A DNA stretch of 62,267 bases, the filler included, from Sphacelaria rigidula (lineage: Eukaryota): assembly GCA_964200075.2 (NCBI GenBank). It is 11 parts of 11 records of this genome, joined end to end, with 100 filler letters (N's around TTAATTAATTAA, not from the genome) between each part and the next. Parts side by side here need not be neighbours in the genome. Positions count along the whole stretch, not along the records: positions 22,681 to 28,250 come from CAXNAA020026244.1; positions 28,351 to 33,920 come from CAXNAA020026245.1; positions 34,021 to 39,590 come from CAXNAA020026246.1; 8 more parts are not named here. One strand, 5' to 3'. The notes beneath the pieces are model-generated. The model was not told the DNA's origin and ran no database searches. It saw only the letters and a list, made by a program, of their open reading frames with translations. Position 1 is the first letter of the stretch; the number at the start of each line of letters is the position of its first letter. Below, piece after piece: positions 25,255 to 38,860 of the stretch. The translations under genes were made by a program, and so were the position numbers.

Positions 25255-27820
25255 GTGAGCTGCGTGCGATGGGTTTGCCATGGCTGTGTCGACTGTGAGT
25301 TATTGTGTGTCGTCAGTCACCGTGACGAAATGATGGTAATCGGTGCAACGCGGATATTGGGTCTCTGTAACGTATAGTTCATTCGTCGTAGTTTTGCTCC
25401 GATGAGTACTGTAGGGACGAAAGTGCCTGGGGTAGAGTCGACACCGACACGGGGTATCCGAATTCTACGTAGCCTGGCCTGGTGTCCTCAGGATATGATT
25501 CTAAGTGATATCCCCAGGTACATACTCTCGAATTGTCAGCGTTCTCGGCCTTCGATACCCTAGGGACCCTTCGATATTCAGTACTGCAAGCATCCCCCGG
25601 AGAGTCAGGGCCCCTAGGGTACGGTACCCCCCTGTAGAGTTATCTTTGAAAAGCTGCGATTTAGTTGTCGAGATCCTGTTCGGTGTCCGGTTGTCGTATT
25701 AACCCACTATAGATGGGCACGAACTGAACAAATAGAGAAAAAAACACGTTTTTATGCATCCACCAACTAAAAATTAGAAAAATTGAAGAGGAATGTCCTT
25801 TACATGTTTTTTGAAGCCATGTCCACCGCGTGTTGTCATGTTTTTTTTTTTTTGTCGCCATACCTCCAACCCTTTCCGTTTCTCGGAACGAGCCCGTAGT
25901 CTCAAAGGATCAACCCTTATATCTCTCCCGGCGGACGCCTGAAAAGTCGTATCTGCGGATTGATTAGATGATTACTATCAGTACCTCCGTATCCCGTCGA
26001 TTCTCGCCGAATTTTCATTTGCTAATCACGTTCTCATACTTTCAACAAGGTAAACCAGATTCTGCTGGAAAATGGCAGATCTTTCGGGATTCGAATCCCC
26101 AACCTTCCGCCCTTGGTGGCTATTGTCACTTTCCAGTTAGATCACCGGTTCGCGGCGGTACATGTACCGTTTCATGCCCCGGTACCCAAAGGTGTTTGCA
26201 CTAAGTAGGCATGGAATGAAATGAAGAGAGCGTGCACGAACTAGACATTGAATTACACAAGGTGTACATGAAGTAGGCATGGGAACGACCGAAAATGACG
26301 CAACGTATCATGTGGATGGGTAACCGGCTACCCAACGAATCACCCTGCGGCAATGAATACGGCCAATAACACCCCCCACCGAACACACGGAAAAGGAAGT
26401 TTTGCCCCAAATTACTCCCGACAACACGAAATTGGCAAACATACACCGCGAAACACCGGCTAATTCCGTCCACAACTATCGATTGTAGAACTAAATGAAG
26501 AGAAGATGAAAAGAGATGTGCGAAAATATACCGAATAAATGATATTTTAAATCAAACGTTCACTACCGAACTTTCGCTGTAGGGATGAAGAAAAAAAATG
26601 CTTCTTCTCGTCAAACGCTGCTTCAGCGACTCCACCGAGAATCGTGTCGTTAGAAACGCCTCCTCGACATGTTTCGGGAAACGGATTTACCGTGTGGCAG
26701 CGTGTGGTCTTATTCCGGAAGGAAAAAGTAATTTATTTCCCCCAATCATTGGATTGCCCCTCTTTATGAGACCCGCGGTCGAAGGATGAAAAATTTCCAG
26801 TTAACCACGTATAAAAAGCATTAATTCCCCTGTGGTCTGTGTGGAGGGTACGTCACTGCGGTATCAGCTGCTGATGGTACTGTCCCACGCATAAAAAAAC
26901 ACCATCAACGTAAAAAATTGGATGGGAACAAAAGCCGAGCAATGATGTCCCTGTAATAAAGGTAAATAGGAACCGCCAGGAGGGAGAAAGGACATGTAAA
27001 TCTATTGATAGACCTGCATGAACGAGAAGCGCGGAGGTACCCATAACGGTTGCGCTTATAATCGTCCGTATGGAGTCTACAGTGCGGTGAGTTCCGTTCT
27101 GGCGAAATTTTGGGGGTCACTGTGGTCAGCCATCGCCGGCCATTGATGTGCGATATTACTGGAGATGTTTTGCACATGTGAAAGATATGTGACGTGGCGA
27201 CAATTGATGTGATGAGGTCGATGGTGGCTGTTCCATGGATGATGACGAGACCGATCACGAGGCAATGCATGATGACGACCGCAGCAGTAGTTGATGGATT
27301 GATTGGTTGTCGCAGTTTGACGGGTTCTCCGGGAATCCAGCCTTGACCACAAGGTGGACGTACGCGAGGTGAGCAGAACGGAAAGCCTCGCTGACGAAAA
27401 CTCGGAAACGGGAAATTGAAGAAACATGAGATGAGCGCTGTATGTGTGTGTTTTGACGTGGACTTGAAAGTTATCGTGCCGCGTGGCAATGACGGCAAAT
27501 TGTGATGGCGAGGATGATGACGATAATCAAATCAGGTGTCGATGGGGTGGGATGCTGAAGAGTCGACCCTGGCTTTACAAGAGACCAACGGCGATGTTTT
27601 GGCTGCCGCCGAGGCTCTGGCAGAAAAAGAAGAGGCGGATCTTGAAAGGTGAGGTACACATCGCGAGAGGCATGTTCCGAAAAATACACACAAACGGAGA
27701 CAACGCCCAAAACACCCTGCCGAAAAAACATTATACAAATACCTCGAAGGCGCCATATTGGAGTGTTTCCGCAAAAGGGCAACGCGGAGAGGTGGGAGGG
27801 GGAGGGGGGGGAGGAGAGAA

Positions 27821-28093
27821 GTACTCATGATGTTGCATGCCGTAGTCACGAGGCAATTGACCTCGAACCCTACAAAGCCGGAAGGGAGCACGCCGAGTTT
27901 TTGCCGGGCCACACTCGCCATCACCAAGCACGAAGCGCCGTGATGTGTTCGGCGAGTCGCATCAGGAGTGACCTGCGTCCTGCGAAGATTGTTCGGCCCG
28001 AAGCATACTAATCATCTCGCATATGAATGACAGCCTCGAATGAGCCACTTCCAGAAACAGCCACGGGTTACACTGCCTCATGGGTATTTCACC
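27821..28093 (-). mobile_element. Family-A repeat, near full length
   Basis: Aligns end to end with 47763-48064 apart from a small internal deletion. G-runs on both flanks. Confidence 0.9.
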
Positions 28094-28180
28094 GTGGGGG
28101 AGCACGTTGGTGGGGTTGGGGTTCAAAAAGTCCGGTCCACTAAGCAACTTTTACGGAGGAATTTCTCCCCATTTATACGT

Positions 28181-28250
28181 GAGCAATGCTACGGTAGGGG
28201 TGCACTTTTTTCGCGAAATTTTGTCTGGTTCACGGGCTCCTAACGATTCT
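28181..28250 (+). mobile_element. Left terminus of the GAG...CTC TIR family
   Basis: gagcaatgctacggtaggggtgcacttt; matches 10174-10240 and is inverse to 51-75. Confidence 0.65.
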
Positions 28251-29540
28251 NNNNNNNNNNNNNNNNNNNNNNNNNNNNNNNNNNNNNNNNNNNNTTAATT
28301 AATTAANNNNNNNNNNNNNNNNNNNNNNNNNNNNNNNNNNNNNNNNNNNNTCGGGCCTCGTGCACGACTCATAATTTTCTGCGGGAAACTTTCAAACACA
28401 CATGGTTGACTCCGTGAGCTTCTCCGATGCTCCGCGGAGAGACCCCCCCCCCTCGAACCCCCGCCCCCCCTCCCCCCCCGAGCTCTGGAAACCCCCGGAT
28501 GTCTCGGAACTGTCAGCCTGTATAACTATTCCGAGGCGACGCTCGTTGTCCAAGGGTTAACGGCGTTGGGCTACAAATATTCATGGTTGACATTACGTGA
28601 TTTGAGTGTACAAAACGAGAATCGGATGTTTAGTAGGGCTGACAGTCCCGTGTGTTCCTCGCGTGCGCAGAATGTGTTTTCGTTGAAATCGGCGCCGATT
28701 CAGGGTCTACCAAGGCCGCACTTTGAGTAGGAGGGTTCTCGGTATGCGTCGGGTTGCGGTTAGGGCTAGGGGTAGCGATATTTGTGAATGATGGCAACCA
28801 TAGACATTTGCAGCCCAATGGCGGTAAAACTCTACTGGTGGAAGGTGCAGTGTCGGTGAATTTCTCCGTCAAATATGAAACTACCCCCGTTGTACAAAAG
28901 TACCTGTGCACGCGCACAAATTTGCGACCTGAACAACATTTATTGGATGCTGCCGTACCGCTGAGCTTCCAAATGGTCACGATGGGAAACCTTGGGTCAT
29001 ACGATGGGCAGCGTTGGATCAGCTACTGTACTCCTAAATCTCTCCACTTGGTGCTGCATCAATCGTAACTGCTGCTATTCACGAAATCACACATCCTCGA
29101 GAGTACCGTCAATACATAGCTACACTTTGAAGGGCGGGGAAATGTGACCAATAGGCCTGGCCTTGGCAGCGACACGGATCGTGAGAACACGCAGAGCACT
29201 CCGCGTGATGCATGGGTGAAATATGAAGAACGTGCGGCGGAACGCTCGGCATAAAGGTGGAGATCGGCCAGGACGGCCCCAACACCGGCTGAAGAAGAAT
29301 ACCTGTATAACATTATAATGGCCGAAAGTACTGACGGTGCGGATGCTGTGATGTAGCCAGTTCATGCAAACGACGCGCTGTGGAGCCAGTCAGACCCGTT
29401 TTGCGGCCTGGACAACAGTCGAGCCACTTGCGCTTGCGGGACGTTTGGATACACGAAGATAACCAGGAGGATAGCGACGAACGGCGAAAGGGTACACAGA
29501 GGACTATCCATTCACGACGCACGCGCTCGATCCCACTGAC

Positions 29541-29759
29541 CTTATCAGCAAAGAAGAACAGCTCGAAGAATCCCACGGGCGGGACAGCAGGGTCTTTCTT
29601 CTCACTGTCGCCTTCTGCTGCTGGTTCTCGGTTGGCATTGTCTCCCCCAAGAAGTGGCTCCAGCAAGCCATCTTCAACATCACCTGGTGGTTTGACTTTT
29701 AAAACATCTTCATCATTTCGGGAAGAGGAAGCTTCGGCATCTGCCGTAGCCCCCGGCAT
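29541..29759 (-). CDS. ABC transporter subfamily B (MDR/P-glycoprotein-like), first coding exon
   Basis: ATG at 29759; 73 codons ending KKDPAVPPVGFFELFFFADK, like the ABCB elbow motif VxFxxLFxFAD. Donor AAG|gtcagt, phase 0. Downstream exons not found in the contig. Confidence 0.8.
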
Positions 29760-30339
29760 TGTCCTGCCAATGCAGCACCGCACCGACTCGGGTGTTGATC
29801 TGGCTACAACCGATGCGCGGTGCACAAATGATATCCAAAGCACATTCGCCAAGCGTTCCGACCCGTCGTTGAACGGGACAATTCGGAATGAAAAACAGGA
29901 ACAATAGCAGAGGGCAAACCGAGAAACATCGTTTGTTTTTACTATGATTATAGGCTAAGTTTCATGACAGTCGCCAATCTCAATCTAAAGAAAGAAATAA
30001 TTCCAACTGAGCTGCCGCACCATCTTTCCCCGTTGCCCCAAACTTCAATCTCAATTTCCATGACTGACCTATTTGCTTGCATCGACCCTTCGACACTTGA
30101 CGTCACATTAGCCAAAATTGTTCACATTCGTACCCGTTTCACGAACCGCAGATACGGCTACGCTCCGATCTTTCACCTACGCAGACGTGATGTACTATAA
30201 TTCAATCTTCTATTTTTTTGCTCGTTTTCTGTTTTTTGTCCCGCATTTCTTTGCTTTCCTCTTTGCTTTTTTTTTTTGCCTTTTTTGCTTTTCTGCGTTT
30301 GTTTTTTCTGTATCTTTTTTGTTCTTCTGCCCCTATTTT

Positions 30340-30699
30340 CGCCGCGGTGGCTCAGTTGGTAACCTCGAATCCTCCTGACGGTTGGATCGTGAGTTCGATT
30401 ATCGGAGAGGTCTGGGATTTTTCTCACACAATACCCGAGAGTGGAGAGCGATGATCTCGTGGGTACACAGGATTCGACTTGATGGTCGACGAGGGAAAGG
30501 TACTGCTGAACCCCTCTCGCGATAAAAAAAGAAAAGGCAAGCACCGCAGAAGGAAGGTGGAGTACTGAACACTAAAAACAAACAAAAAAGAAAAACTCCT
30601 ACGTTGACCTTCCTCCTGTGTGACCCCGGCTGTTGCGCCCACATACACCGAAAGGTGTATCGACCGGCGCCGAGAATAGAAAGGAGGACAACACAAACA
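30340..30699 (+). mobile_element. tRNA-derived SINE (family B)
   Basis: A box tggctcagttgg and B box gagttcgatt; collinear with the reverse complement of 24672-25026. Confidence 0.88.
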
Positions 30700-30880
30700 T
30701 TTTGTAAGTCGAAAGTTAAGTTAGGCTAGTAATACGGTGGGCGACCACGCGGGGCGACCTGACTTGACTTGACTTTCGAACATAGCTCTCCGTGTGGTCC
30801 CCGTCTCTCACCGTAGTACTAGCCTATACAGCTCAACTTTTGACGTGAAACGTGAAACATGAAACATGAACGTATAACAA

Positions 30881-31185
30881 CAACGTTTTCATGAGATTGA
30901 GAGTAGTAGAGGATACGGTTGAGAGTGAAAAGTGGTCAATTAGTGGATGAACCGTTTCAGTTCCGAAATGCCCCTCCACGAGGTCCGATATTCGTCCTGT
31001 CCCTGTAGTAGCTTTCCACTGAGGCTCTTGATATCCCTGAGTAGGATATCGACGTGAAGCTGTAAGCACACGGCCGTGATGGGGGCAAAGAAAAGCGCAT
31101 ACAGAATGAAAAATTGGCCGAGTTAAAGCGAGTGATCAAAGCCACTCTCAATCCGCGCTATACTCTCAACCTCACAAAAACGTTG
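30881..31185. mobile_element. Degenerate MITE (~305 bp)
   Basis: TIRs caacgttttcatgagattgagagta and tactctcaacctcacaaaaacgttg. Confidence 0.6.
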
Positions 31186-31502
31186 GTTAACGTGTGTAAT
31201 CCTGGACCACTCGGAAGCGAACACCTCGACAGCGTGTTCTTTAGAGCGATTTCACCACGAGGGGATGGAGTCAGCGCTGACTGCTTCGTCTAGAGGCGGA
31301 TTTTCCTTTTTCGCGACGACGAACCCGAGTTCGATTCTCGATATGCACACTGTTTCCCGTAGCCGAGGAAAGATACTTCTCATGAGCGTGGTAACACGTT
31401 AGAGGGACTGGATCTTGTCATCACTATGTTCTCAGCTGCAGCGTTGGCGAGGGGAAATCGGGATGCTCGCGTCGAGGAGTTTTCGAGTGTAAAAACGTCC
31501 CT

Positions 31503-31579
31503 TCTGTTCGTTAGAGGGATTTCACCACTAGACAAAAAGTGACTTTTTGTCTAGTGGTGAAATCTCTCTAACGAACAGA
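31503..31579. repeat. Near-perfect 77-bp palindrome
   Basis: 38-bp arms, a 1-nt centre (31541) and a single G-T mismatch. Confidence 0.95.
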
Positions 31580-32844
31580 GCGGTCTGCGTCCATGCTGTC
31601 GCGTCTACTCCGAAGGCAGAACAGTTGTTGTCCGTGACACGATGTCGCAGGCATTTCGCGAGTTGGCTTGCGTTCCACCTCCCTCGGACCATCTTTCTTA
31701 TTCCTCCGCGCATATTGGGGAGGCGTTCGTCGTACGTGCACGCGATGCGGCCGATGTAGAGTAGGATTCACCTCTCATTATGGTAGCCTCGATGAAATCG
31801 TAGCCTGTTCTTTCGAAAACTTTGTGATATGACAGTATGTGGTACAGTATGCTCGTTGAGGCACCTACCTTAGCAGGACCCACATCCATGCTGCTAATCT
31901 ACGATCGCGGGTCAAAAAACAAAAAAGTCAGGGTGTCATAAAGAAACAAGTAAAATGGACAGAACCCCCGCGTGCGCCAACAATAGGTTTGGTGCACTGT
32001 GAGCATGCTGTCCCTGAGGCCAGTGGGCACCTTGGAAGCGCAGTGCGAAAATTCCCAGCCGCCTCTACCCCTCCCACATCCGGTGAGTACTGCAAGATGT
32101 CCAATTGATCGGTAGTGTTCCCAAACAAGCATTGGCCTGGTCGACGGAGTATAGCACCCCCTTGCGGTGTCGCCTAGGTCTTCGATGTTTTTAGAAACTA
32201 CTGTCCCGCCGCCACGCCATATGCCGCCGCCGTCAAAAGCCATACATATCATTGGAAATATATTGTCCGAGATCTTTCGCGAGTTTTGGTGTGTTTCTCC
32301 GACAAATTAGAGTATGTGGGCACTTCAGGGTCTATGTAACGACTGAATCGTATGCGAGAAGCCTTACATGTACGCGTGGGTTTTAGGGGGGGCTTGGGGG
32401 GGTGGGGGGGAAGGGATATACCCGTTGCCCATGGTAGGACGTCGAGATGCCGGCCTGTCAACGAACGTATCTACTCGTCCTCGTTGATCTTGGCTGTAAT
32501 TTGATAACGTCAGGATATAGCGATACCGTTTCCGATGTTGGTGCAAAGAGTACGTCGCGTCGGTCTATACGAGTAATAGTGGACTTACTTCTCCGAAAGT
32601 CAATGCTGGTACGGTATGATTCCAGGTCTTGAGGCTTCTGGCTCGGTCCGTATTACATGTGCTGTCTGTACCGCCCGTACTTTATCATAGCTTTCAAAGG
32701 TGCTTGCAGTAGGGTGCAGTGCTGTGGGTTTTTGGCGTATTTGCAGTATCAAGTAACTCAGGGTGCCTGGGGATCGACTGTCGAATATACCCTATATTCC
32801 GGCCATTATCCCTTTTGGGATTTGGCCTCCAGAACGACCGATGA

Positions 32845-33671
32845 GGGCCTGTCTCAGCATTTTTTTTTTCGATCGAAATAATGGGGCGGTGGAATTGATC
32901 TGAGCGATATTTTCTCGTTTTGATGCAGTTGGGTGCAGATGTACAGATGGATTTCCAAGCTTACGATAAAAAAATACAGTGAAATTTGTGAAACGGCACA
33001 TTGTCACTCGTGTACAGTGAAGACAGTCTGTACTGTCTGCACTGCTTGCAAGCAGGGTGTCTCGAGTGCGTGTGTGCGTGTTTCGTGCAGGAGGATATAA
33101 AGGAGAAGCGGGCAACATGCAATGCAGATAGCCCAGGACTATCAATTCTCTCCGCTTACAATGCGACGTGAAAAGGACTTCAGCAACGTGCAGCTTCGTA
33201 ATGCCTGCACTATTCATGAGCGTGCACGCAACTCGGTTGCCCACCGTACCACGCAGTTCCGTCCCTAATGCCTACCATGAGAGTAGATGCGCAAGTTTTC
33301 GCCAACAGAAATAAACAAATCACGCCCGACTACTGCAGTGTATCTTTCCCTGTGTTTCACTCGTGCTCTGTGTTGCAGGGTTGTGGTGGTAGCTGAGAAT
33401 GAGTTGAATGGAGTTTGCATGGTCCTGTGACTAGGTGTTATTTGGCGTGGTGGTCTGTAAGATAGGAGTCAAGTGCCGCTTCGTGCCTTTCGACCGCATG
33501 TTTTCGATCGAAAACGATAGTTTTTTACCTCTTTGCATTCTTCTCCGCGCGCCGCTAATTATAATTTTGAGTTGAAGCCATCAAGGAACATAAATGCGGT
33601 GGACCTATGAAATCGGCAAAAAAAATCGACCGCACTTTTTCGATCAAAAAAACAAGTGCCCAGACACGCCC
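32845..33671. mobile_element. Non-autonomous PIF/Harbinger-type element
   Basis: Imperfect ~45-bp TIRs (gggcctgtct...agacacgccc) with a 3-bp TGA duplication at 32842-44 and 33672-74. GGGC termini with a 3-bp TNA TSD fit PIF/Harbinger. Confidence 0.75.
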
Positions 33672-34020
33672 TGAGGCTGGTTAGGAATGACGTGTCCTGC
33701 ATATGTATGGAACAGTGGCTTCATGTTGCTAGAAACCAACGCATGTATGTAACCGCAGGGTTAGATGAAGACCGAAGGTTTCATCCAATTTTTTTTCATC
33801 TGCAGGTACAAACTGTCTGTACCATAATTCGGGTGTTGTGCGCATCAGGTAATGTACAGATGTATCAAGCAGTATTTGTCGCGATGGAGAGCTTTCAACA
33901 GGATGTGGCAACCGCCGCCCNNNNNNNNNNNNNNNNNNNNNNNNNNNNNNNNNNNNNNNNNNNNTTAATTAATTAANNNNNNNNNNNNNNNNNNNNNNNN
34001 NNNNNNNNNNNNNNNNNNNN

Positions 34021-34231
34021 GGACGGAGCACGCCGGGTGTTCGCCGGACCAGGCTCGCACTCAATCATCAATCATCAAGCGCCGTGGTGTGTTCGTCCGG
34101 TCGCGTGAAGGGTGAGCTGCATCCTGCCAAGATTGTTCGGCTCGAGGCCTACTGATTGTCTTGCATTTGGATGACAGCCTACAATGAGTTGCTTTTTGTT
34201 TGGTATCGCCACTTGCACAGACAGCCACGGC
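34021..34231 (-). mobile_element. Family-A repeat, partial
   Basis: Matches 47830-48035; the truncated 5' end is fused directly to a long G-run. Confidence 0.85.
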
Positions 34232-34354
34232 GGGGGGGGGGGGGGGGGGGGGGGTTAAAACTAAAAACACCCAAAAAAACACAACCAACCCTCTTGTGGC
34301 GTCTTCCCNNNNNNNNNNTTGTGGGGTTTGGTGGGGTGGCGCTGGCCGGGGGGG

Positions 34355-34389
<35 letters not shown>

Positions 34390-35662
34390 CGTTAACTGAA
34401 GACTCCCAAAGCAGCAACTACCATCCTTCGGTGGCGTTCTCCAACATTCCGTTTTGAATACGATTCGTCATTCATAAGCACACCACACTTCAAGTGTATC
34501 CCTGCAGTTTCCCTGACGCTAATTTTTACATTCACGTAAAAAGACAGAATAGGCGCAAAAATGAAAAGTCTGGTTCATGCCAGTTAACTGCCCAATATAT
34601 TTATCGGCTTGAGCGCACAAGTCTTGAGGATCAGAGATTGTGAAAAAAAAAGGCCGTACGGAACCACTTGGCCTCAACCGCAAGCTCGGACTTTGTTGCG
34701 AGGTGAGCGAATCCAACGAAGGGGAGGTCGAGAAGAGTATACTTAATTGCGGGGTATTTTCAAAGTCATACTTACACAAATTGGGGGCAGGGCTATAGGG
34801 ATCATTTCCAGTGATCTTTCGACCTTTTTTTTCACGACCACTGACACTCTACCCTAATTTGAGTACCCCAAGTACTTCTTTCCAAATACCCGGTAATTGG
34901 GTATACTCTACTCGACCTGCCCTTAAATCCAAGTGTCGCGCTACAATTTTGACCCGAAAACGCTATAAACTGTACTGTGCGTCAATATTCAGCACCTCCT
35001 GTACGTGGGGGAACTGACGCGCTCTCAGGTTAGCCGAATCAGGCACTCCTCTCTAGAGGCACTACATTCGCATCCATCTCATTTTCCTTTTTTGCTGGAT
35101 CAAGTCTTACCCTATCGTCGTTTGTGTTCCTTTTTTCATTCATGCCCAATATTCCTCCATGAACATATTTTGTACCGTACTCCTCCTTCGTGCCGTTGCC
35201 CATCGGAAGTTGACAACCAAGTAAGTAGCTACTCGGCCTTTGACGGCCAGAAGTGGGGGTCTCCCGGGGGTCTTCCAGTTAATCTTCAAGTGTAGATGAC
35301 TATATTCAACAGATGAACAACCCACCCTGGCGGTGAACGGGTTCAACCCTCTTCGCGTCTACAACACACATTCAACAAGAGTGTGTTGTGACGACGACTT
35401 TTTCACGACCCGAACCGCAAACTTTTCACCTCGACCGGTGATCCCGTGTTAACCCTGGGAATGTCCTCTTCCAATCCCTAGTCCGGGTTATCTTCATACT
35501 GATCACTCTGAGTGCGGCCACACTGCGCCAAACCCACACATTCTGTACAATCTATGCCGAGGTAGAAATTGCTGTCTATACCCATTCACGTCCTCCGTCT
35601 TGGGTAATTTAGGCCGTACCCTTTGTTCACGGGTACTGTTTATAGCATGTGAAGTAGGTTAA

Positions 35663-35758
35663 CCCTTAATTCGAGGTTAGTCTTCCTGGATCATACAGAC
35701 TTTTTCCAAATGAAATTGATGCCGATTCAACAGATGACCTACTCTCGCTGTCCAAGGG
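35663..35758. mobile_element. piggyBac-type MITE
   Basis: TTAA|CCCTT...AAGGG|TTGA. Internal tgatgccgattca is shared with 61830-61947, and a relative lies near 56980-57080. Confidence 0.6.
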
Positions 35759-38626
35759 TTGAGTCGTGATAAGAAAGCTTTATAGCTTTTTTCCCCTCAA
35801 CCGCAACCGCCTTACTTCATTTGGAGTCAGGTCAGTGTTTTTTTTACAAGATTCTTCCATCCAAGAATATTGATCCCAAAAAATTGGCATCAGACATGAC
35901 GCAGGATAACGGACACACAAAGATCTCGATGTCCGGGGTTCGGGCTGGCGGATGGCGGCATATTGCCCGACATCAAGGGCCCCCGGGAAAAATGGTACTG
36001 GAAGTTGATTTGGACCCCGTCTTTATCTCATTGCTTTTGTGCCCGCCCCCTCATCCGGGGAGGGGACAGAAACCACAGCGGCCAAACTTGTTACCAATAG
36101 CATTTATACGTACCACATGAAAGCGAAGAACACTTGATTTATTAACTTGTCTTTGAATATTGCGCGGTTGCGTAGTGCTGAAGAAACGAACAGCGTAGGT
36201 AACTACGGCCTGTACAAGAGCATGGGGAGGGCGCTCTGCCGTCGACGGTGGGTCTGGACGCCAACGATTGATCGCGGGGCTGAGTAGCCATTTTTGAACA
36301 ATTGAACATTGAGTGCAATGGTGCCGCTTCCTCTCAAGATACTGTTTGTGGAGATTCATTTTGAAGACGGTCCAGATAATGTAACACCTGTCATCGATGG
36401 TGTAGACAAAAGTAGAGAACGATAGGCATGAAACAACAGAACTTTCCTTGCTGTTCACATCTTCAATAGTTAGCGCACTTCAGGGCGGTACAATCAGGGG
36501 AGTACGGTCACATGCAGCCTCGCAAGGACATGATGGGCGGGGAGTGCATCGACATATTCTTCTTTAAACCATCTTGTATGGCAACCGATCCGTGTTTGTA
36601 CAAGTATGAGGAATTCAGCCCATCTACAGGCAATTTTCTCCCGTGGATTGATTTTTCGGACCCCAGTTCGTTGGGCAATGTTTTTCGGCTAGCTCTGAGG
36701 AAGCCGGATCAATTCTCCGTTTCTCTGGACGTTGACTTTCAGTTTTATCACCTTTCTGCTCAGATAGGTAGACTCCCGCGTCTCCCTCAAATCGGGGTCA
36801 ATCTACGGGAAAATATCGTTCATAAACGGGCTGATATACTCAAAATGGTACAAATAAGTATTGGTTGCCATACAAAATGGTCTTCATGTAGACGCACTTT
36901 TTAAGTTCCCCCTTCCTTCTTCCTCGGGAGGAGTTCATGGTTTCCAAGGATCAACCCATCTCTTCCACAGTAAACGCCTTGCATTTCGGTCTCGCGGATT
37001 GGATAGCACTACCGCACATTCTCGATTCTCATCAAACTCAGTCACGAAGCAACTTTTGCTAGTCACGTCTTGAACGCTTCAAACGAGGAAAATCAGGTAG
37101 TGTTGAATAGATCACCCAAACCGTGCGTTCCCTCTACCCCAACAATATATCAATCACCAGCGTCAGTTATACCATTAGACCACAAACTAATCATGTCCGT
37201 GTACTTTCATGAAGACAAGATATCATAAAAGAGGGTTTGCGCATGCTATTACGCTACATCCATGGGGAGGAAAAGGGCAGCGTGGTGATGTGTTACACTG
37301 CAGTACAGTACAGTTAGTAAGACAGAATTATCGGTCACATGATAAACTGGCCAGACGAATGGATCGTACGTGGATGCGGCCAAGGCTGTCAAAACGAACC
37401 GGTTTCACACGACACACACCCAACGCTTCAATACCACGATATTTGGTGTAGGGGCTGCAACACGCGCGCACAGTGCGTACAATGGGTAGAGCCCTGCGGG
37501 AATTCAAACGTGGAGAAAAGTATCCGAGGCTCGAAGCACTCGGTCACTCATCTCAAATGCGAGATCATGTAAGGTGCCTCCCGGTCATGTATACTACTAA
37601 CTGTAACTGTGGCCCATGGCATACTCGACTTATGTACCACAACAGTGTAGGTATGCATGTGCCGTGGTGTTGGTGCCGTGACGCGCGGTACGATTTTCGA
37701 GGCAGACAGGCGGAAAGATGTGCACGAAGAATGCATACATTCCACGGTACACACACTGACACCCTCAGCAGGTCTTTCAACGTGTATGTTGACGTTGTGC
37801 ATGGCAGGCTTCATTTTGCCACGCCATGACTTCACGCGCAAAAACGCAACTGGGCCCTACACACCGACCATCTGCAGGCTGTCGTGTTTACTACAGTCGT
37901 GTATACTGGAACTGCTTGTGTTTCACGGACTGTCGCTGTTGAACGACAGAAGCACTCGCGCCTGCATTCGTTTCTACTGTAGGGCATGGATGTGTAGCGT
38001 ATTAATCAGGGAGAACAACAGGGCATGGAAGCTGCACCATCAGGCATGTACACTCGAGAACACCACAAGCACGTTGTACTGACTGTGCTGTTTTGTTGTG
38101 GGGTACATCGCTCGCGACTACAATACAATGACTCTGCTGTTCATGTTTGTTTCTTCCATGATACAAAAAAAAAAGTGTGAGTGTGTGTGAGTGCTTGCCA
38201 ATGCAGATGGATGTGCCGTGTGAAGAACACAAACCCGCAAGACACCCTACAGCTGCTCATCGGAAGAGAATAAGTGCACCCGTACAATACCATACAATGC
38301 CATAGTCGGCATGCGGCGGCTTCTCCTAGGGGCGCAAAAAACATACACATATCACCCTGTTGAATAAGTACCCACGTGATGGATGTGGGATTCATGTGTT
38401 GATCAATTGCGATTGCATTCACACGTTCGTAAGTCAGGGTACTCACTAATAAGCTGGATGAGCATCAACACAACATAGAAGAACTCACTCCCCCGCATAC
38501 GTACACACAAGTCAGAGAGGGGATACACATAATTCCGCCTTTTGAATCCACACATGCACCCACACACGCACACGCACCAACACAATACTCATGAATCACA
38601 CGCATACACCACACACAAATACACAC

Positions 38627-38860
38627 CTTCTCGTCCTCCCCGAGCTTCATGCTAACATCGCTCAGGCGCGCACCGGCACTCCGAGATAACGAGCTAACCC
38701 TGGTTGTGGTGGCAGTGCTCAGCCACCTTGATCCCAAACCCCATGGTGTTGATGATCTCGCAACGGAGGAGGTACCTACGAAAGCCGGCTGCCCTGAAGT
38801 CCACGCGTTGGCGGAGGCCCCGGCCACGGCCGTGGCCGCGAGCACGCAAGTCTTCATCAT
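38627..38860 (-). CDS. Plastid-targeted protein, first exon (signal + transit peptide); possibly phosphoribulokinase
   Basis: Encodes MMKTCVLAATAVAGASA (signal-like), a Ser/Thr/Arg-rich transit-like region and ...SMKLGEDEK. Donor AAG|gtgtgt, phase 0, 78 codons. PRK is only a guess from LGEDEK; the diagnostic next exon is not in the contig. Confidence 0.75.
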
